A stretch of DNA of 64,000 nt. It comes from Octopus vulgaris. Its lineage: Eukaryota. The stretch lies in NCBI GenBank assembly GCA_951406725.2, contig OX597824.1:70866001-70930000 (forward strand), given 5' to 3'. Below the pieces are notes generated by a model. That model saw only the letters and a program-made list of their open reading frames with translations. It ran no database searches and was not told where the DNA came from. This document shows positions 13,624 through 26,722 of the stretch, piece by piece. Positions within the stretch are counted from its first letter, which is position 1, and each line of letters begins with the position of its first letter. The position numbers were made by a program, and so were the translations under genes.

Positions 13624-14254
13624 AAGAATGTACAGTTTAAAGAGAAGTCCTGTAATAAAATGTCGAAATCTCCCACCACCTTGAGTTATCTACATTCCAT
13701 TTCTTTGATGTAACGATAACCACAACCACCACGACAACGATGACGACGAAGATTATATCTGACGGTGCATAGATTAGGTGACGGTACCAGGTAATATTGG
13801 TAACTGTGATTTGTGTCAGTGGTAGTGTTGGTGGTGGTGGTGGTGGAAGTGGTTGAAGATGGTAGTTATTGGTGATGAAGGTTGGTAATAGTAGTGATGG
13901 TGGTAGCAATATGGGGGGAGGGAGAGGAGAAGCAGCGGGGTGGTGGTTAGGGTGGTGTTGGTGGTTAGTGGTAGTGCTAGTGGTGATTGGTGGCAATAGT
14001 GTAGAGATGGTGTTGTTGTTGTTGGTGGTGGTCGGTGGTGGTGATTGGTGATGAAGGTTATGGTGGTCGGTGGTGGTTGGCGATGGAGGAGATGGTGCTT
14101 GGTGGGAGTGGGGGTGTTTTGCTGGACATGTAGGTGAACAGGTGTGTAGTTTGTCCTTTACAACAAAGGAAAATAATATGTTTTCTTTTTATCTTTTTCT
14201 TTATACAGTAATTCTATGGAAATTTTGAATGACAGAAAACATATCCATGCGAAA

Positions 14255-14288
<34 letters not shown>

Positions 14289-14320
14289 GCATGTATGCAT
14301 GTGTGTGTGTATATATATAT

Positions 14321-14370
<50 letters not shown>

Positions 14371-15896
14371 GTGTATATTTATATATATGTATATATGTAT
14401 GTATATATAAACATATATATATCAAGTGCTCACATAGCTGTTTGGTTAAGAAATTTGCTTCCCAACCACATTGTTTCAGGTTCAATCGCACTGTGTGACA
14501 CCTTGGGCAAGTGTCTTAATATACCCTGGGCCAAGCAGCGCTTCATGAGAGGATTTGATAGATGGAAATTGAAAGAAGGCCATCGTCTACACACATGTTT
14601 GCGTGCATGTGTGTATATGCGTGTGCGTGCATGCATGCCTGTGTCTTTGTCTTGACATAACTTGGTACTTATGTGTGTCATTGTCAGACCAGCAGTGCTG
14701 TTCATGTCCAATATTCCACAAAAACATGTCTGGTCACCCCATAATCAGCTAGCTGCCTAACAGATATTCTTACAGTGATCTATGTGTCATCATTGGAGGG
14801 CAAATTTACTGCAATATTCATCTACTTTATGGATGTGCTGTATTTAAAAGCTCAATATATATACCAGAAGGAGAAAATTATTCCAGCATCAGTTAATAAG
14901 AATGCCAAATGCATTTCACTTTCGATGAGGTTTATCGATGGTATATACTCACACCCAGCCACTTGCTTAAATGGGATTTGTCACCTCCAGTATGTAAGAA
15001 AATATTCACTGGTATCGTGAATAACCACTTGGCTGAATGATGATGATCTGTCATAAAAAAAACAGGTGATCATACTTTAACATTTGTTTTTCCATGCTGG
15101 CATGGGTTGGATGGTTTGACAGTAATTGGCAAGTCAGAAGACTACACCAAGCCTTGTTTTAGCATGGTTTCTATAGTTTGATGCCAACTTCTTTACAGTG
15201 CATCCTGGGGGCTTTTCATGTGGCACCAGCATTAGTGAGATCACCAAGTAACTTACAAGGCAAGACTCCCTCAACTAAGTGGGGGAGTAATTTCAAGGGA
15301 CAAGCCATGCATTAGAGGGGAAAACATGACTATCTCAGGTGGGGAGAGAAGCAATAATGAATTAAAATAATCACCAATATATCATAATTAATGTAAAGGC
15401 AGCAAGCTGGCAAAATTGTTACCGCACCAGGCAAAATGCTTAGTAGTATTTCGTCTGTCTTTACATTCTGAGTTCAAATCCCGCTGAGTCCACTTTGCCT
15501 GTCATCCTTCTGGGTTCAATAAAATAAATAATGCCAGTTGAGCACTGGGATCAATATAATCAACTTACCCACTCCTTTGAAATTACTTAGCTTGGGCCAA
15601 AAATTTGAAACTTTTGGAATGGTTGGTGTTAGGAAGGGCATCCAGCTGTAGAAGCCATACCAAATCAGACTGAAACCTGGTACAGCTCTCTAGCTTACCA
15701 GTTCCAGTCGAAATGTCTAACCCATGCCTGCATGGAAAATGGATGTTAAAGGATGATGATGATGATGATGATGATGATGGTGACGATGACGACGACGACG
15801 ATGACAACGACAACAATATATATAAATTAATGTAAATACATCAGTGAAAGGCAGATTTACTGTAGATTTCATCCAGAGTTAACATATCTTATGAAC

Positions 15897-16298
15897 ACAG
15901 GAGTAACTGTGTGGTAAGTAGCTTCCTTACCAACCACATGGTTCCAGGTTCATTCCCAATGCGTGGCACCTTGGGCAAGTGTCTTCTACTATCGCCTTGG
16001 GCTGACCAAAGCCTTGTGAGTAGATTTGGTAGACAGAAACTGAAAGAAGCCCGTCGTATATATGTATATATATGTGTGTGTGTGTATATGTTTGTGTATC
16101 TGTGTTTGTCCCCCAACATCGCTTGACAACCGATGGTGGTGTGTTTACATCCCCGTAACTTAGCAGTTCAGCAAAAGAGACCAATAGAATAAGTACTAGG
16201 TTTCCAAAGAATAAGTCCTGGGGTCGATTTGCTCAATTAAAGGTGGTGCTCCAGCATGGCCGCAGTCAAATGATTGAAACAAGTAAAAAGAGTAAAAG
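15897..16298 (+). mobile_element. SINE family A
   Basis: gtgtggtaagtagc...ggttccaggttca head; gaaacaagtaaaaagagtaaaag tail. Confidence 0.85.
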
Positions 16299-17437
16299 TG
16301 ATATCAGAAGGAGACAAAAATCATCCCAGTAGTTGCCCTGTCTTTTATCTTTTAATTGTTTCAGTCATTGGACTAAGGACAAGTTGGGGCACTTTCTTGG
16401 AAGGTTTACTTGAACAAATCAACCCCAGTACTTGTTTTTTGAAGTCTGGTACTTATTCTGCCAGTCTCTTTTGCTGAACCACTAAGTTACAAGGATATAA
16501 ACAAAGCAGCATCGGTTGTTAAGCAGTGAGGGACAAACACACACACGCACATACACACACAATGGGGGTTCTTTCAGTTTCCATCGACAAAATCCATTCA
16601 CAAGGCTTTGGCTGGCTTGAGATATAGAAGAAGACACTTGTTCAATGTGCCTTACAGTGTAACTGAACCTGACACCACTTGGTTGGGAAACAAACTTCTT
16701 ACCACACAGCCACAACTGTGACAACAGTTTTTGAAGTTTCCATCTACCAAATTTTACTCATTAGACATTAATCAGCTTGGGGTAGTCATTCACAGAAGAC
16801 AACTTGCTCAAAGTGGGGGTACCATAGAACTGAACTTGAAAAACGTGGTTGTAATGCCAACCCCCTTATTCACACAGCCATATCTGCATATTAAGAAAAC
16901 AACCTGAAATTCCAAGCTAAGCACAAACATTTCTTTTGTGCATTTGTTAACCTGAACAAAATTGTTTGTAATTCGGTCTGTTATTCTCTAACAACAATGA
17001 AAAGAAACTTGAAAAACTTGGTCAGAGAAATGGCTTCAAAGAACTGTTCCATTCATGCATATGACTAGTATGAACAGAGTTTAGGATTGGCAACTAGTTT
17101 GCATACAATTTAGCATGTAGGTTAGTTTTCAGCAAGGCTCTGCCCTCATTCCTTTACTGTTCATTGTAGGTTCATGATTCAATGACAGCGGAATGAGCTT
17201 TGTAAAGGATGTCCTTGGGAACTTGTAAATGCTTACGACCTGGTTCTCACTATAAGATTCAAACAATTTGCCTTTTGTACAGAGATGTTGTTCTTTTTTT
17301 TTTACATTGCTTCATGTCCTTTTATCATTGGGGTAGACACAGACTCGTACATATACCCATGCATATATACACATACAGACATATATACACACAGACATGT
17401 ATACACACACAGACACATATGCACACAGAGAGACAAA

Positions 17438-17468
<31 letters not shown>

Positions 17469-17592
17469 GTATACGCACTCACACAGACATATACATACAC
17501 ACATGCAGACCCACACACATATATACCTGTGACATTATTAGCTCTTATTTTTAGCTTCATTTGCATCTGAATAGCTACTTAATTAGACATAT

Positions 17593-17736
<144 letters not shown>

Positions 17737-18052
17737 ATATATGTATGCATATATATATATATATATATAAATGTATGTATGTGTATTATATTGTTTTTAT
17801 TTGTTTTATGGTATAATTATATATAAGTGCTTATTACACCTTTGTTATAAGATGTCTGTAGATTCTGTTATTTTAAGTGTTTGTGTGTGTAAATTATTCT
17901 GTTTGCGTGTAAGTTATTCTAAGTGTTTGGGGGTGTCCTGTGTGTCATATGTAAGGCAAACAGGTTTATAAGACACCCCAACCACAACTAAATGTTTCAT
18001 GCAACCAAACTTGTACCCTATACAGTAGCAGGCTGAGAAAAACTACAATATA

Positions 18053-18304
18053 CAGGATGTCTCAAGATTATCTATTTCTGTGAAATCAGACAATTTTTTA
18101 AAAAACTTACTTTTATATTTGTGTCTATTATGTTTAATAGGCACAGGAGTGGCTGTGTGGTAAATAGCTTGCTTACCAACCACTTGGTCCTGAGTTCAGT
18201 CCCACTGCATGGTACCTTGGGCAAGTGTCTTCTACTATAGCCTCAGGCCGACCAAAGCCTTGTGATTGGATTTGGTAGACAGAAACTGAAAGAAGCCCAT
18301 TGTA

Positions 18305-18361
<57 letters not shown>

Positions 18362-19034
18362 TATGTGTGTGTGTATATATGTTTGTGTGTGTGTTTGTCC
18401 CCCCAACATCGCCTGACAACCGATACTGGTGTGTTTACATCCCCGTAACTTAGCGGTTTGGCAAAAGAGACCGATAGAATAAGTACTGGGCTTAGAAAAA
18501 AATAAGTCTTGGGGTCAATTTGCTCGACTAAAGGCGGTGCTCCAGCATGGTCACAGTCAAATGACAGAAACAAGTAAAAGAGTAATATGTATTAAAATTG
18601 AATACATTTTTTAGTTTGTTTATGATTTTATAATTTTTATAATTATTTTATAATTTTATTTTCATTCCTGTTGAATCTTGCTTATCTGTCCATGATAACT
18701 TTTTCCAATTTGGCCACAATCATTTTTTCTCTGCCTTCATCTCCAGGATGGAGCAATAATTTAGCTGAACTTAAAAATGCATTCAGTTAGCAGTGCCAGA
18801 GATAATTCCTGAAATGCTTCAAAATGTGTTTCTGGAATGCTAAAGATAGATTTGAAATTTGTAGGGATACAGATGGAGCATATGTTGAAAATTTTCAATT
18901 AATTTTTGATCTAAGGTTTATAAATCTATTTGTTTTGGTATCATAATTAAGTAATAAACATAAAATTCTGTTAGTTTTTTTTAAAAAAATTGGCTCAATT
19001 CATTGAAATAGATAGTTAATTCTGGGGCACCCTG
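18053..19034 (+). mobile_element. Decayed Tc1/mariner DNA transposon, interrupted by a family A SINE (18140-18583)
   Basis: TA|caggatgtctcaagattatctatttc...aattttttaaaaaac matches the reverse complement of the right end (...gaaatagatagttaattctggggcaccctg|TA). Residual transposase C-terminus-like text PEMLQNVF...RFEICRDTDGAYVE at ~18805-18890. Confidence 0.75.
18140..18583 (+). mobile_element. SINE family A
   Basis: Full-length match to the other copies. Confidence 0.85.
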
Positions 19035-21439
19035 TATAGCAGTAGTAGGATTAACATCATTTCTTTCCAACATTCCCTATGCAGTTAAAAAAGTTTACTT
19101 CATAACCAAATGGTTTTGTGTTCAATTCCACTGCATAGCACCTTTGGCCAATGTCTTCTATTGTAGATCCAGATCAATCAATACCTTGTGGGTAGATTTC
19201 AGAGGCAGAAACTGAAACAACCCTACATTATTTACATTATTTACATTTGATGTATATAGAACTGAAACAACCCTGTTGTATGTGCATGTGTATGTGTGTG
19301 TGTGTGTGTGTGAGTGTGTGTATGTGTGAGTGTGTGTGTCTCCATGTCCACATGTGTGTGTACGCACTTGTATGTGTGTGTTCAAGTATGTGTGTATGTG
19401 TATGCATGCATGTGTGTGTGTTTCTGTTGACATTGTGTGATTGTAATAAATGAATGTCATTCATTTCCAATATTCTGAGAAAACATGGATTCAATCACAG
19501 TGTGGTACCTTGAGCAAGTGTCTTCTTTCATAGCTTCAGGTCGGCCAATGCCCTCTGAGTAGAAACTGGAGAATAGAAACTGAGTGGAAGCCCCCTCAGG
19601 TGTGTGTGTATGTGAATATTAATATTCTGCATCTTCACAAGATACTGAACTAAACAACGATGCCCTGTTTACATTACATTAGCTATAAACATGTAAAGAA
19701 TACAACCTATAACCTGTACTTTCAAAGGCCCTTGAAAAAGATATCCTTACTTGAAAGATTGGTATCTGGTTATAAAGTATTGGGTCAAATACATCTCCAT
19801 CCAACCCATGCCAGATGGAAAAATGAGCACAAGTATGGCTGTGTTGACTTCAGAAGGATTTGAACTCAAAACATAAAGCACTAGAATAAATATTGCAAGG
19901 CATTTTGTCTGCTACTCTAACGATTATTCTATTAATACACTACCTGATACTGCCCCTAATTTAAGCACAAGGTCAAGAATTTCGGTGGGAAATGGTTAGT
20001 CAATATCCCCAACTTCAGTAGTTGACTGGCATTTTATTTTATTGACCCTGACAAGATGACAGGCAAAGCTGTCCTTCACAAGAAGTGAGCCGAGCAACTT
20101 CAGTTCTCACTGAGAACAGCTTTGTGTTTTTATGAAGAAATAACTGTGAGGCAGTTTAAAGATATTATCTAAATTTCTATTAACAAAGCATAAATACTGT
20201 CATGACATTTATATTCAGTTGGACTATTTTCAAAACTTCATTGTAATAATATTGACATATGTACGACAGATGGCAGACAATAAAAGTTACCTATGATTGA
20301 TATAATCTTTCTTTTACAGTTCCCCATTCACTGAATAATAACAGACTATTTTGAAATACAGTCTATAATATTTTTCAATTGTGCTTTATTATAGTTTTTT
20401 CCAAGGTCTTTAAAATAAAGTCCTTGGGTTGATATATCACCTAATTCCTCCCCTCAAAATCACTGCTCTTTTACCTAAATCAGAAGCCATCAGGTTGGCT
20501 GAATTATTCTGGTGCCAGAAAAAATACCTTGTGGTGTTGGTTGCAGCTCTTTACATTCTAATTTCAAATCCTACCAAGATCAACTTTACTTTTCATCCTT
20601 TCAGGGTTGATAACACATAAAGTACGAGCCAAGTGCTGGGATGGATAGTATTGACTTAAACCCCCTCCTCTCAAAACTGCTGTCCTCATGAAGCTATTAT
20701 CATTTTTTTTAAAGTGGCAAGCTAGAACAATTGTTAGTACACAGGATGAAACACTGCTAAGTCTTAATAAAAAAATATTAATAGAAAGTGCTTATGAATA
20801 TGAGCTATTCCAAAGAGGACAGATTTTTTAAGCACTCATATGTCTGTCATGATGCTCTACCACTCTAGGTGATATGATAGTTTTTTTTATTTGGAATTGA
20901 AACTGATGATCTAATAACAACTGGTACAATTTTCATACAGCTTGATGCTCTTCCTGCTGCCAACCTTCGCCTGTTTCTGAGCAAGTTAATATTTCCTCTA
21001 GTTTTTCAATCAATGAAACAGTTTAATGGTCAGACAAGTTTTCATGGAAGATTGTAAACAAATGACACCATTTGTATGAAAAGTGACTTTGTTTACACTC
21101 AGTGCACAAACATCAAAACAACAAGAAGACAAACACACACTCATGCATGCAAATAGATAGATGAATGGCAGGCTTCTTATAATGTCTTATATTGGCCCGC
21201 CTGTGGTTGTAACAAAAGATAGCAGCTGACTGAATCTATAAAATGACAATAAATCCTAAGCCTTGTGATTCTGAAGCAAATTTCTGGACCACAGAGCCAG
21301 GTGTGCATTTCATTGATACGAGATCTTATATATATATATATATAAATGAAATAATGATGGCAAAAATTGATATTAATCAATTAAAACCAGTGGCTTAGCA
21401 TATTTAAAAAATCCAAAGATTGAAAAATTATATTACATA

Positions 21440-21687
21440 CAAATTGAGAGGAATAACCACCAAAGTGGATTCCTAATATGCTAAATATAGACGTCAAATC
21501 ACCTTATCACAAACAGTATGTTCTCAAGAAAAATTTCACCAAATACCAAAAATTTGTCTAGCTCATTTTTACATTCTGGTATTTGCTGAAATTTTTCTTG
21601 AGAACACACTCTTCGTGATAAGGCGATTTGACATCTATCTTTAGCATATTAGGAATCCACTTTGGTGGTCATGCCTCTTAATTTGTA
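21440..21687. repeat. Fold-back with ~115-bp arms
   Basis: accaccaaagtggattcctaatatgctaaa... is inverted as tttagcatattaggaatccactttggtggt; related single arm at 23085-23190. Confidence 0.85.
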
Positions 21688-22083
21688 TATATATATATAC
21701 ATATATATATATATAGGGCAGGCATTGCTATGTGATAAGAAGCTTGCCAACCAACTACATGGATCTGGGTTCAGTCCCACTGCATGTCACCTTGGGCAAG
21801 TGTCATCTACTATAGCTTTGGGTTGACCAAAGCCTTGTGAGTAGGTTTGGTATATATAGCACACTAGATGATATGCTGCTAAGTCTTAACAAAAAATATC
21901 AATAGAAAGTGCTTTTCTATGAATATGAGCTGTTCCAAAGAGGATAGATTTTTGAAGCACTAACATGTCTGTCATATATATATTGATAAAAACAGTAAGA
22001 TAACAAAAGAAAGAAACCTCGATATTATGTAAATAGAGGAATTTAACAGTAAATGTAATATGTGACAATTATTCAGTAGCCAA

Positions 22084-22144
22084 GATAAAATTCCGAGTTT
22101 CGAATGCTGAGGTGGAAATCCATGCCACCATCTCTTCAGTTATC
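22084..22144 (-). ncRNA. Mirror hammerhead motif in left arm of the same fold-back (one stem III mismatch)
   Basis: Reverse complement reads GAUAA-CUGAAGA-GAUG...CAUUC-GAAACUC-G-GAAU-U-UUAUC. Confidence 0.5.
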
Positions 22145-22170
22145 TGGCCATAGCGTTTTTCCAATGGCTG

Positions 22171-22231
22171 GATAACTGAAGAGATGGTGGCGTGGATTTC
22201 CACCTCGGCATTTGAAACTCGGAGTTTTATC
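22171..22231 (+). ncRNA. Type I hammerhead ribozyme motif in right arm of a fold-back element
   Basis: GAUAA-CUGAAGA-GAUG...CAUU-U-GAAACUC-G-GAGU-U-UUAUC: 5-bp stem I, intact cores, near-palindromic stem III. Confidence 0.6.
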
Positions 22232-22266
22232 TTGGCTACCGAATAATTGTCACATATTACATCTAC

Positions 22267-22313
<47 letters not shown>

Positions 22314-22791
22314 CATATATGTATAAATTAGAAAAAAACACCTTTTATCAATTCAACAATGAAAAAATTAAATTATACCATATAGAAAAAAATTACAACC
22401 TCTATAAAAAAATTAAATATAAGATAAAAACATATAATAATGACTAAGTAATGTACAAAATAATAAATAAAACGTATATATTTGGTAAAATGAATACACG
22501 TGTTTCATGGCTATAAATATATATATGAATGTGTGTGTGTGTCTTTGTCTCTTACCACCACATGACAACTGGTATTAATGTGTTTACATCATCCATAACT
22601 TAGTGATTCAGCAAAAAAGATCAATACAATAAGTATACTAGGCTTGAATAAAGTACTGGGGTTGATTCACTTGACTTATAGTTCTTCACGGCAGTGCCCC
22701 AGCATGGCAACAGTCTAAGACTGAAGCAAGTATAAGATAAAAGATGTGTGGGGGTGGAGTATGTGGGGGAGGGGCATATATATGTGTGTTA

Positions 22792-22825
<34 letters not shown>

Positions 22826-22831
22826 GTTTGA

Positions 22832-22908
22832 AGCTCTGATGAAGCTATAGATACTCAAGCATTCAACTATGAGTGCATTGCATCTTTTAGCAGAAACAGC
22901 TGCAAGCT
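22832..22908 (+). ncRNA. Degenerate type I hammerhead motif (cleavage triplet GCA instead of GUA)
   Basis: AGCU-CUGAUGA-A-GCUAUAGAU...AUCUUUUAGC-A-GAAACAGCUG-C-A-AGCU. Confidence 0.5.
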
Positions 22909-23189
22909 AATGAAGTTCATAACATGATTATTTACTCCGTTGTCATCCCAATTTCTTATAACTGTTTTGTACTTGACTGACACTTCATACTGAAGCATAT
23001 GTGTATTGAGTTCTAACACCAGTTTATTAGCATCGCAATGCCTGAGCAAAATATCAATAACTGAAATATCAATATACATCTATGTTCTGGTGTTTGCTGA
23101 ATTTTTCTAGAGAACATTCTTTTCTTTGTAGTTAGATTGTAGGTGATCTTCTTCTAGCATATTGGATGTCCACTTAGTGGTCATCCCTA

Positions 23190-23219
23190 TTATATGCATG
23201 TATGCATGTATATATATGC

Positions 23220-23279
<60 letters not shown>

Positions 23280-23536
23280 GTATATGTATATATATGTATA
23301 TATATGTATATATATATATGTATATATATGTATATATATATATGTGTATATATATGTATATATATGTGTATATATATATGTATATATATATGTGTATATA
23401 TATATGTATATATATGTATATATATATGTATATATACACTCATAAATGAGGGTAAAAAATTAGATATTAATTTAATAATACCGTCAGTTTAACACCAAGA
23501 TATGTATATATATGTATATATATGTACATATATATG

Positions 23537-23567
<31 letters not shown>

Positions 23568-23732
23568 GTATATATATGTATATGTTTATATATATATACA
23601 CATATATATACATACATACACATATATATATATATATACATATACACACATATATATATGTATATATGTATATGTATATATATATACACATATATATACA
23701 TACATACATACATACATACAGACATATATATA

Positions 23733-23822
<90 letters not shown>

Positions 23823-23981
23823 TATACGTACATATATATATATATATAAAATTAGAGAAAAACCACTATTATGCAATTCCAACAATGATAGACATAAACC
23901 AAATCATATATAAAAAAAATAAGATATATTTATATATATATGTCTATAAATTAGAGAAGATTGGACAAAGAATATATATAT

Positions 23982-24080
<99 letters not shown>
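23190..24080. repeat. Large compound (TA)n/(TATG)n microsatellite
   Basis: Directly visible. Confidence 0.95.
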
Positions 24081-25004
24081 TGAGTGAGAAAGCAGTGCAT
24101 GCCATTAAAGTGACACTGGATTAAAATATATGAAGCCCAGTATACCCATCATGACTACCTGTCCGATAAGGGTACACCAGGCACATTTATCTAATATATA
24201 TCGTTGACCCTAATAATATATATTATGTGTGTATATATATATAAAGTCAATTCAAATAAGCAAACAATTCAAATAGATGAATGATAAATTTAACAGACAA
24301 CAAGGGGATGTGCACAGGGAATGTATTAGTTTGCTGCTCAATAAAAAGAGACAACTTTTAGCATTTTGAGCATAGCTCTTTGTCGGAAAGAAGAAGGGGG
24401 AAAAATCCAAAGAAGGAAAAGTCCAAAGAAAGAAAAGAGATCGCCAACCGCATGTGTGTAGTTACATTAATATTTGTTTTATGTTCAGTTGTAATAAAAA
24501 CAAGGAAAGCAGCTAGTTAGAAAATCTTTAATTTTACATTTATTTTGTGGGTTACTCTAAACTTTTGTAGAGTACAAATTTATTGTTCTTAAACAAAAGT
24601 GACTTTAAAGTTTCAGCAAGTTAAGCCATTATCCAGTGATGGCTTAGCTGTCCTAAATTTCGAAGTCACTGTCAGCAACATTTTTCTTTAAGAATAATAT
24701 ATATGATGGATTCTCCCATTGAAGATGATGTATGGGTGTTCAACCTGCACAAATGATTTCTTTATAGCGATCAAATGTATGAGCTGTGCATTAGCTCACC
24801 CCCGCCATCAAATCAACATTCCCTGAACAGTTGCACGGTGCACCAAGCATCAGGTGTCAGAGTGATTGCAGAGCAATGCGAGATGAAGTGTTTTGCTCGA
24901 GAACGCAATGTACCACCAAGTCTAGGAATTGAAACCCTGATCTTACAATCATGAGCACAAAAACCCTAACCATTAGGTTAGAGTGTGTGTGTGTATATAT
25001 ATTT

Positions 25005-25270
25005 ATATCATCATCATCATCATCATCATCATCGTTTAACGTCCGCTTTCCATGCTAGCATGGGTTGGACGGTTCAACTGGGGTCTGGCAAGCCCGAAGG
25101 CTGCACCAAGCCAGTCAGATCTGGCAGTGTTTCTACAGCTGGATGCCCTTCCTAACGCCAACCACTCCGAGAGTGTAGTGGGTGATTTTATGTGCCACCG
25201 ACACAGGTGCCAGACGAGGCTGGCAGACGGCCACGCCCAGATGGTGTTTTTTATGTGCCACCGACATAAA
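25005..25270 (-). mobile_element. SINE family B
   Basis: (ATC)n gtttaacgtccg...ggatgcccttcctaacgccaacc. Confidence 0.85.
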
Positions 25271-25393
25271 TCAATAACAGAAGGAAAAAATTCATTAATT
25301 AAATTAATTAATTGATTAATTAATCAATTAATTAACAATTGTATCAAGTAGATCAGTATGTTAAAATAACCTTTATAGGTAAAATTATCCACA

Positions 25394-25555
25394 TAATTAT
25401 AAGTAGGGTTCAGCTAATTGTTTCACCACATACCGAAATTAGAGAAAGGTGTTACCAGCATGGAGATTTTTATAGTAGCAGAAAAGGAATTTCTAATTCC
25501 TTTTTCTAATTTCGGTATGTGGTGAAGCAGTTAGCTGAACCCTAATTATAATTAT
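25394..25555. repeat. Fold-back with ~55-bp arms
   Basis: agggttcagctaattgtttcaccacataccgaaattag / ctaatttcggtatgtggtgaagcagttagctgaaccct. Confidence 0.85.
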
Positions 25556-25620
25556 ATTTATATATACATACATACACATGTGCACGCACACAACCACACA
25601 CACATGCATGCACACACACG

Positions 25621-25669
<49 letters not shown>

Positions 25670-26240
25670 CCAGGTTTATCTGTTCATTGGATCATAACAA
25701 AGTCACTTAGAACACAGTAGTCAAACTCTTAATGAGTGTCAACATCTTGTATAAAAATATGGTGGATACAATTTTAACAAAACATATATAAGTGTGTATG
25801 ATGGTGGTGGTGGGGGTGGGGGTGTTTGGGTGGGGTGGGGGGTTATGGTGTATTGAGTGTGAGATAGCTGTTCCAGTTTGGAAAGCAGAACTGTGTGTAT
25901 AACCTAGAAGTATGTTTTATTCTCTTATATTGATCTATTGCTTGGACTACCATTGATTGGCCCAGAAGTGCAGCAGTCTATTGTCTGCATGTGCATGTAT
26001 GCGTATATACTTGTGTGTGTGTGTGTATGTGTGTGCATAGTGTTACTTACGTATATGTCCAATAATGTGTCTTTTAGCTAAGGCGGTGAGCTGGCAGAAT
26101 CACTAGCATGCCGGACAACATGCTTAGCGGCATTTCATTCATTCTCATGTTCTGAGTTCAAATTCTGCCAAGGTTGAACTTTGCTTTTCATCTTTTCAAG
26201 ATTGATGAAATAGGTACCAGTTGCACACTGGGGTAGATGT

Positions 26241-26722
26241 GTGGAGGCACGTGGCTTAGTGGTTAGGGTCTCAGCATCATGATCGTAAGATTGTGATTTC
26301 GATTCCTGGACTGGGCGAGGCGTTGTGTTCTTGAGCAAAACACTTCATTTCACGTTGCTCCAGTCCACTCAGCTGGCAAAAATGAGTAACGCTGTGATGG
26401 ACTGGCATCCCGTCCAGCTGGGGAGCACATATGCCATTGAAACCGGGAAGCCGGGCCCATGAGTCTGGCTAGGCTTTAAAAAGGCGCATTTTTTAGGAGA
26501 CACATGGCCTAGTGGTTAGAGCAGTGGATTCATGGTCGAGGGATCACGGGTTCGAATCTCAGTCCGGGCAATGTGTGTGTTTATGAGTGAAATGCCTAAG
26601 CTCCATGCAGCTCCAGCAGAAGGTAATGGCGAACTTTTGCTGACTTCGTCCAGTGGGGAACCTATATGCCATGGAAACCGGGAAACTGGCCCTTATGAGC
26701 CAGGCGTGGCTCGAGAAGGAAC
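26241..26722 (+). mobile_element. Two tandem tRNA-derived SINEs (family E then D-like) inserted in a family C SINE
   Basis: A-boxes tggcttagtggttaggg and tggcctagtggttagag; B-boxes gatttcgattcc and ggttcgaatct; flanking ggggt(a/g)gatgt repeat. Confidence 0.8.

Larger units (their letters stand above)
22045..22262. repeat. Fold-back element with ~100-bp arms carrying a hammerhead on each strand
   Basis: atgtaatatgtgacaattattcagtagccaagataaaa... / ...ttttatcttggctaccgaataattgtcacatattacat; flanked by (TA)n. Confidence 0.9.

Noticed and set aside
20305-20410. Good splice acceptor (also near 3209, 6790, 17169) as possible upstream coding exons
   Set aside because: Stops in all frames or no suitable donor.
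23107-24124. Many YI/IY-rich ORFs (also at 5964, 14201, 51333, 55402, 56471)
   Set aside because: Translations of (TA)n/(TG)n microsatellites.
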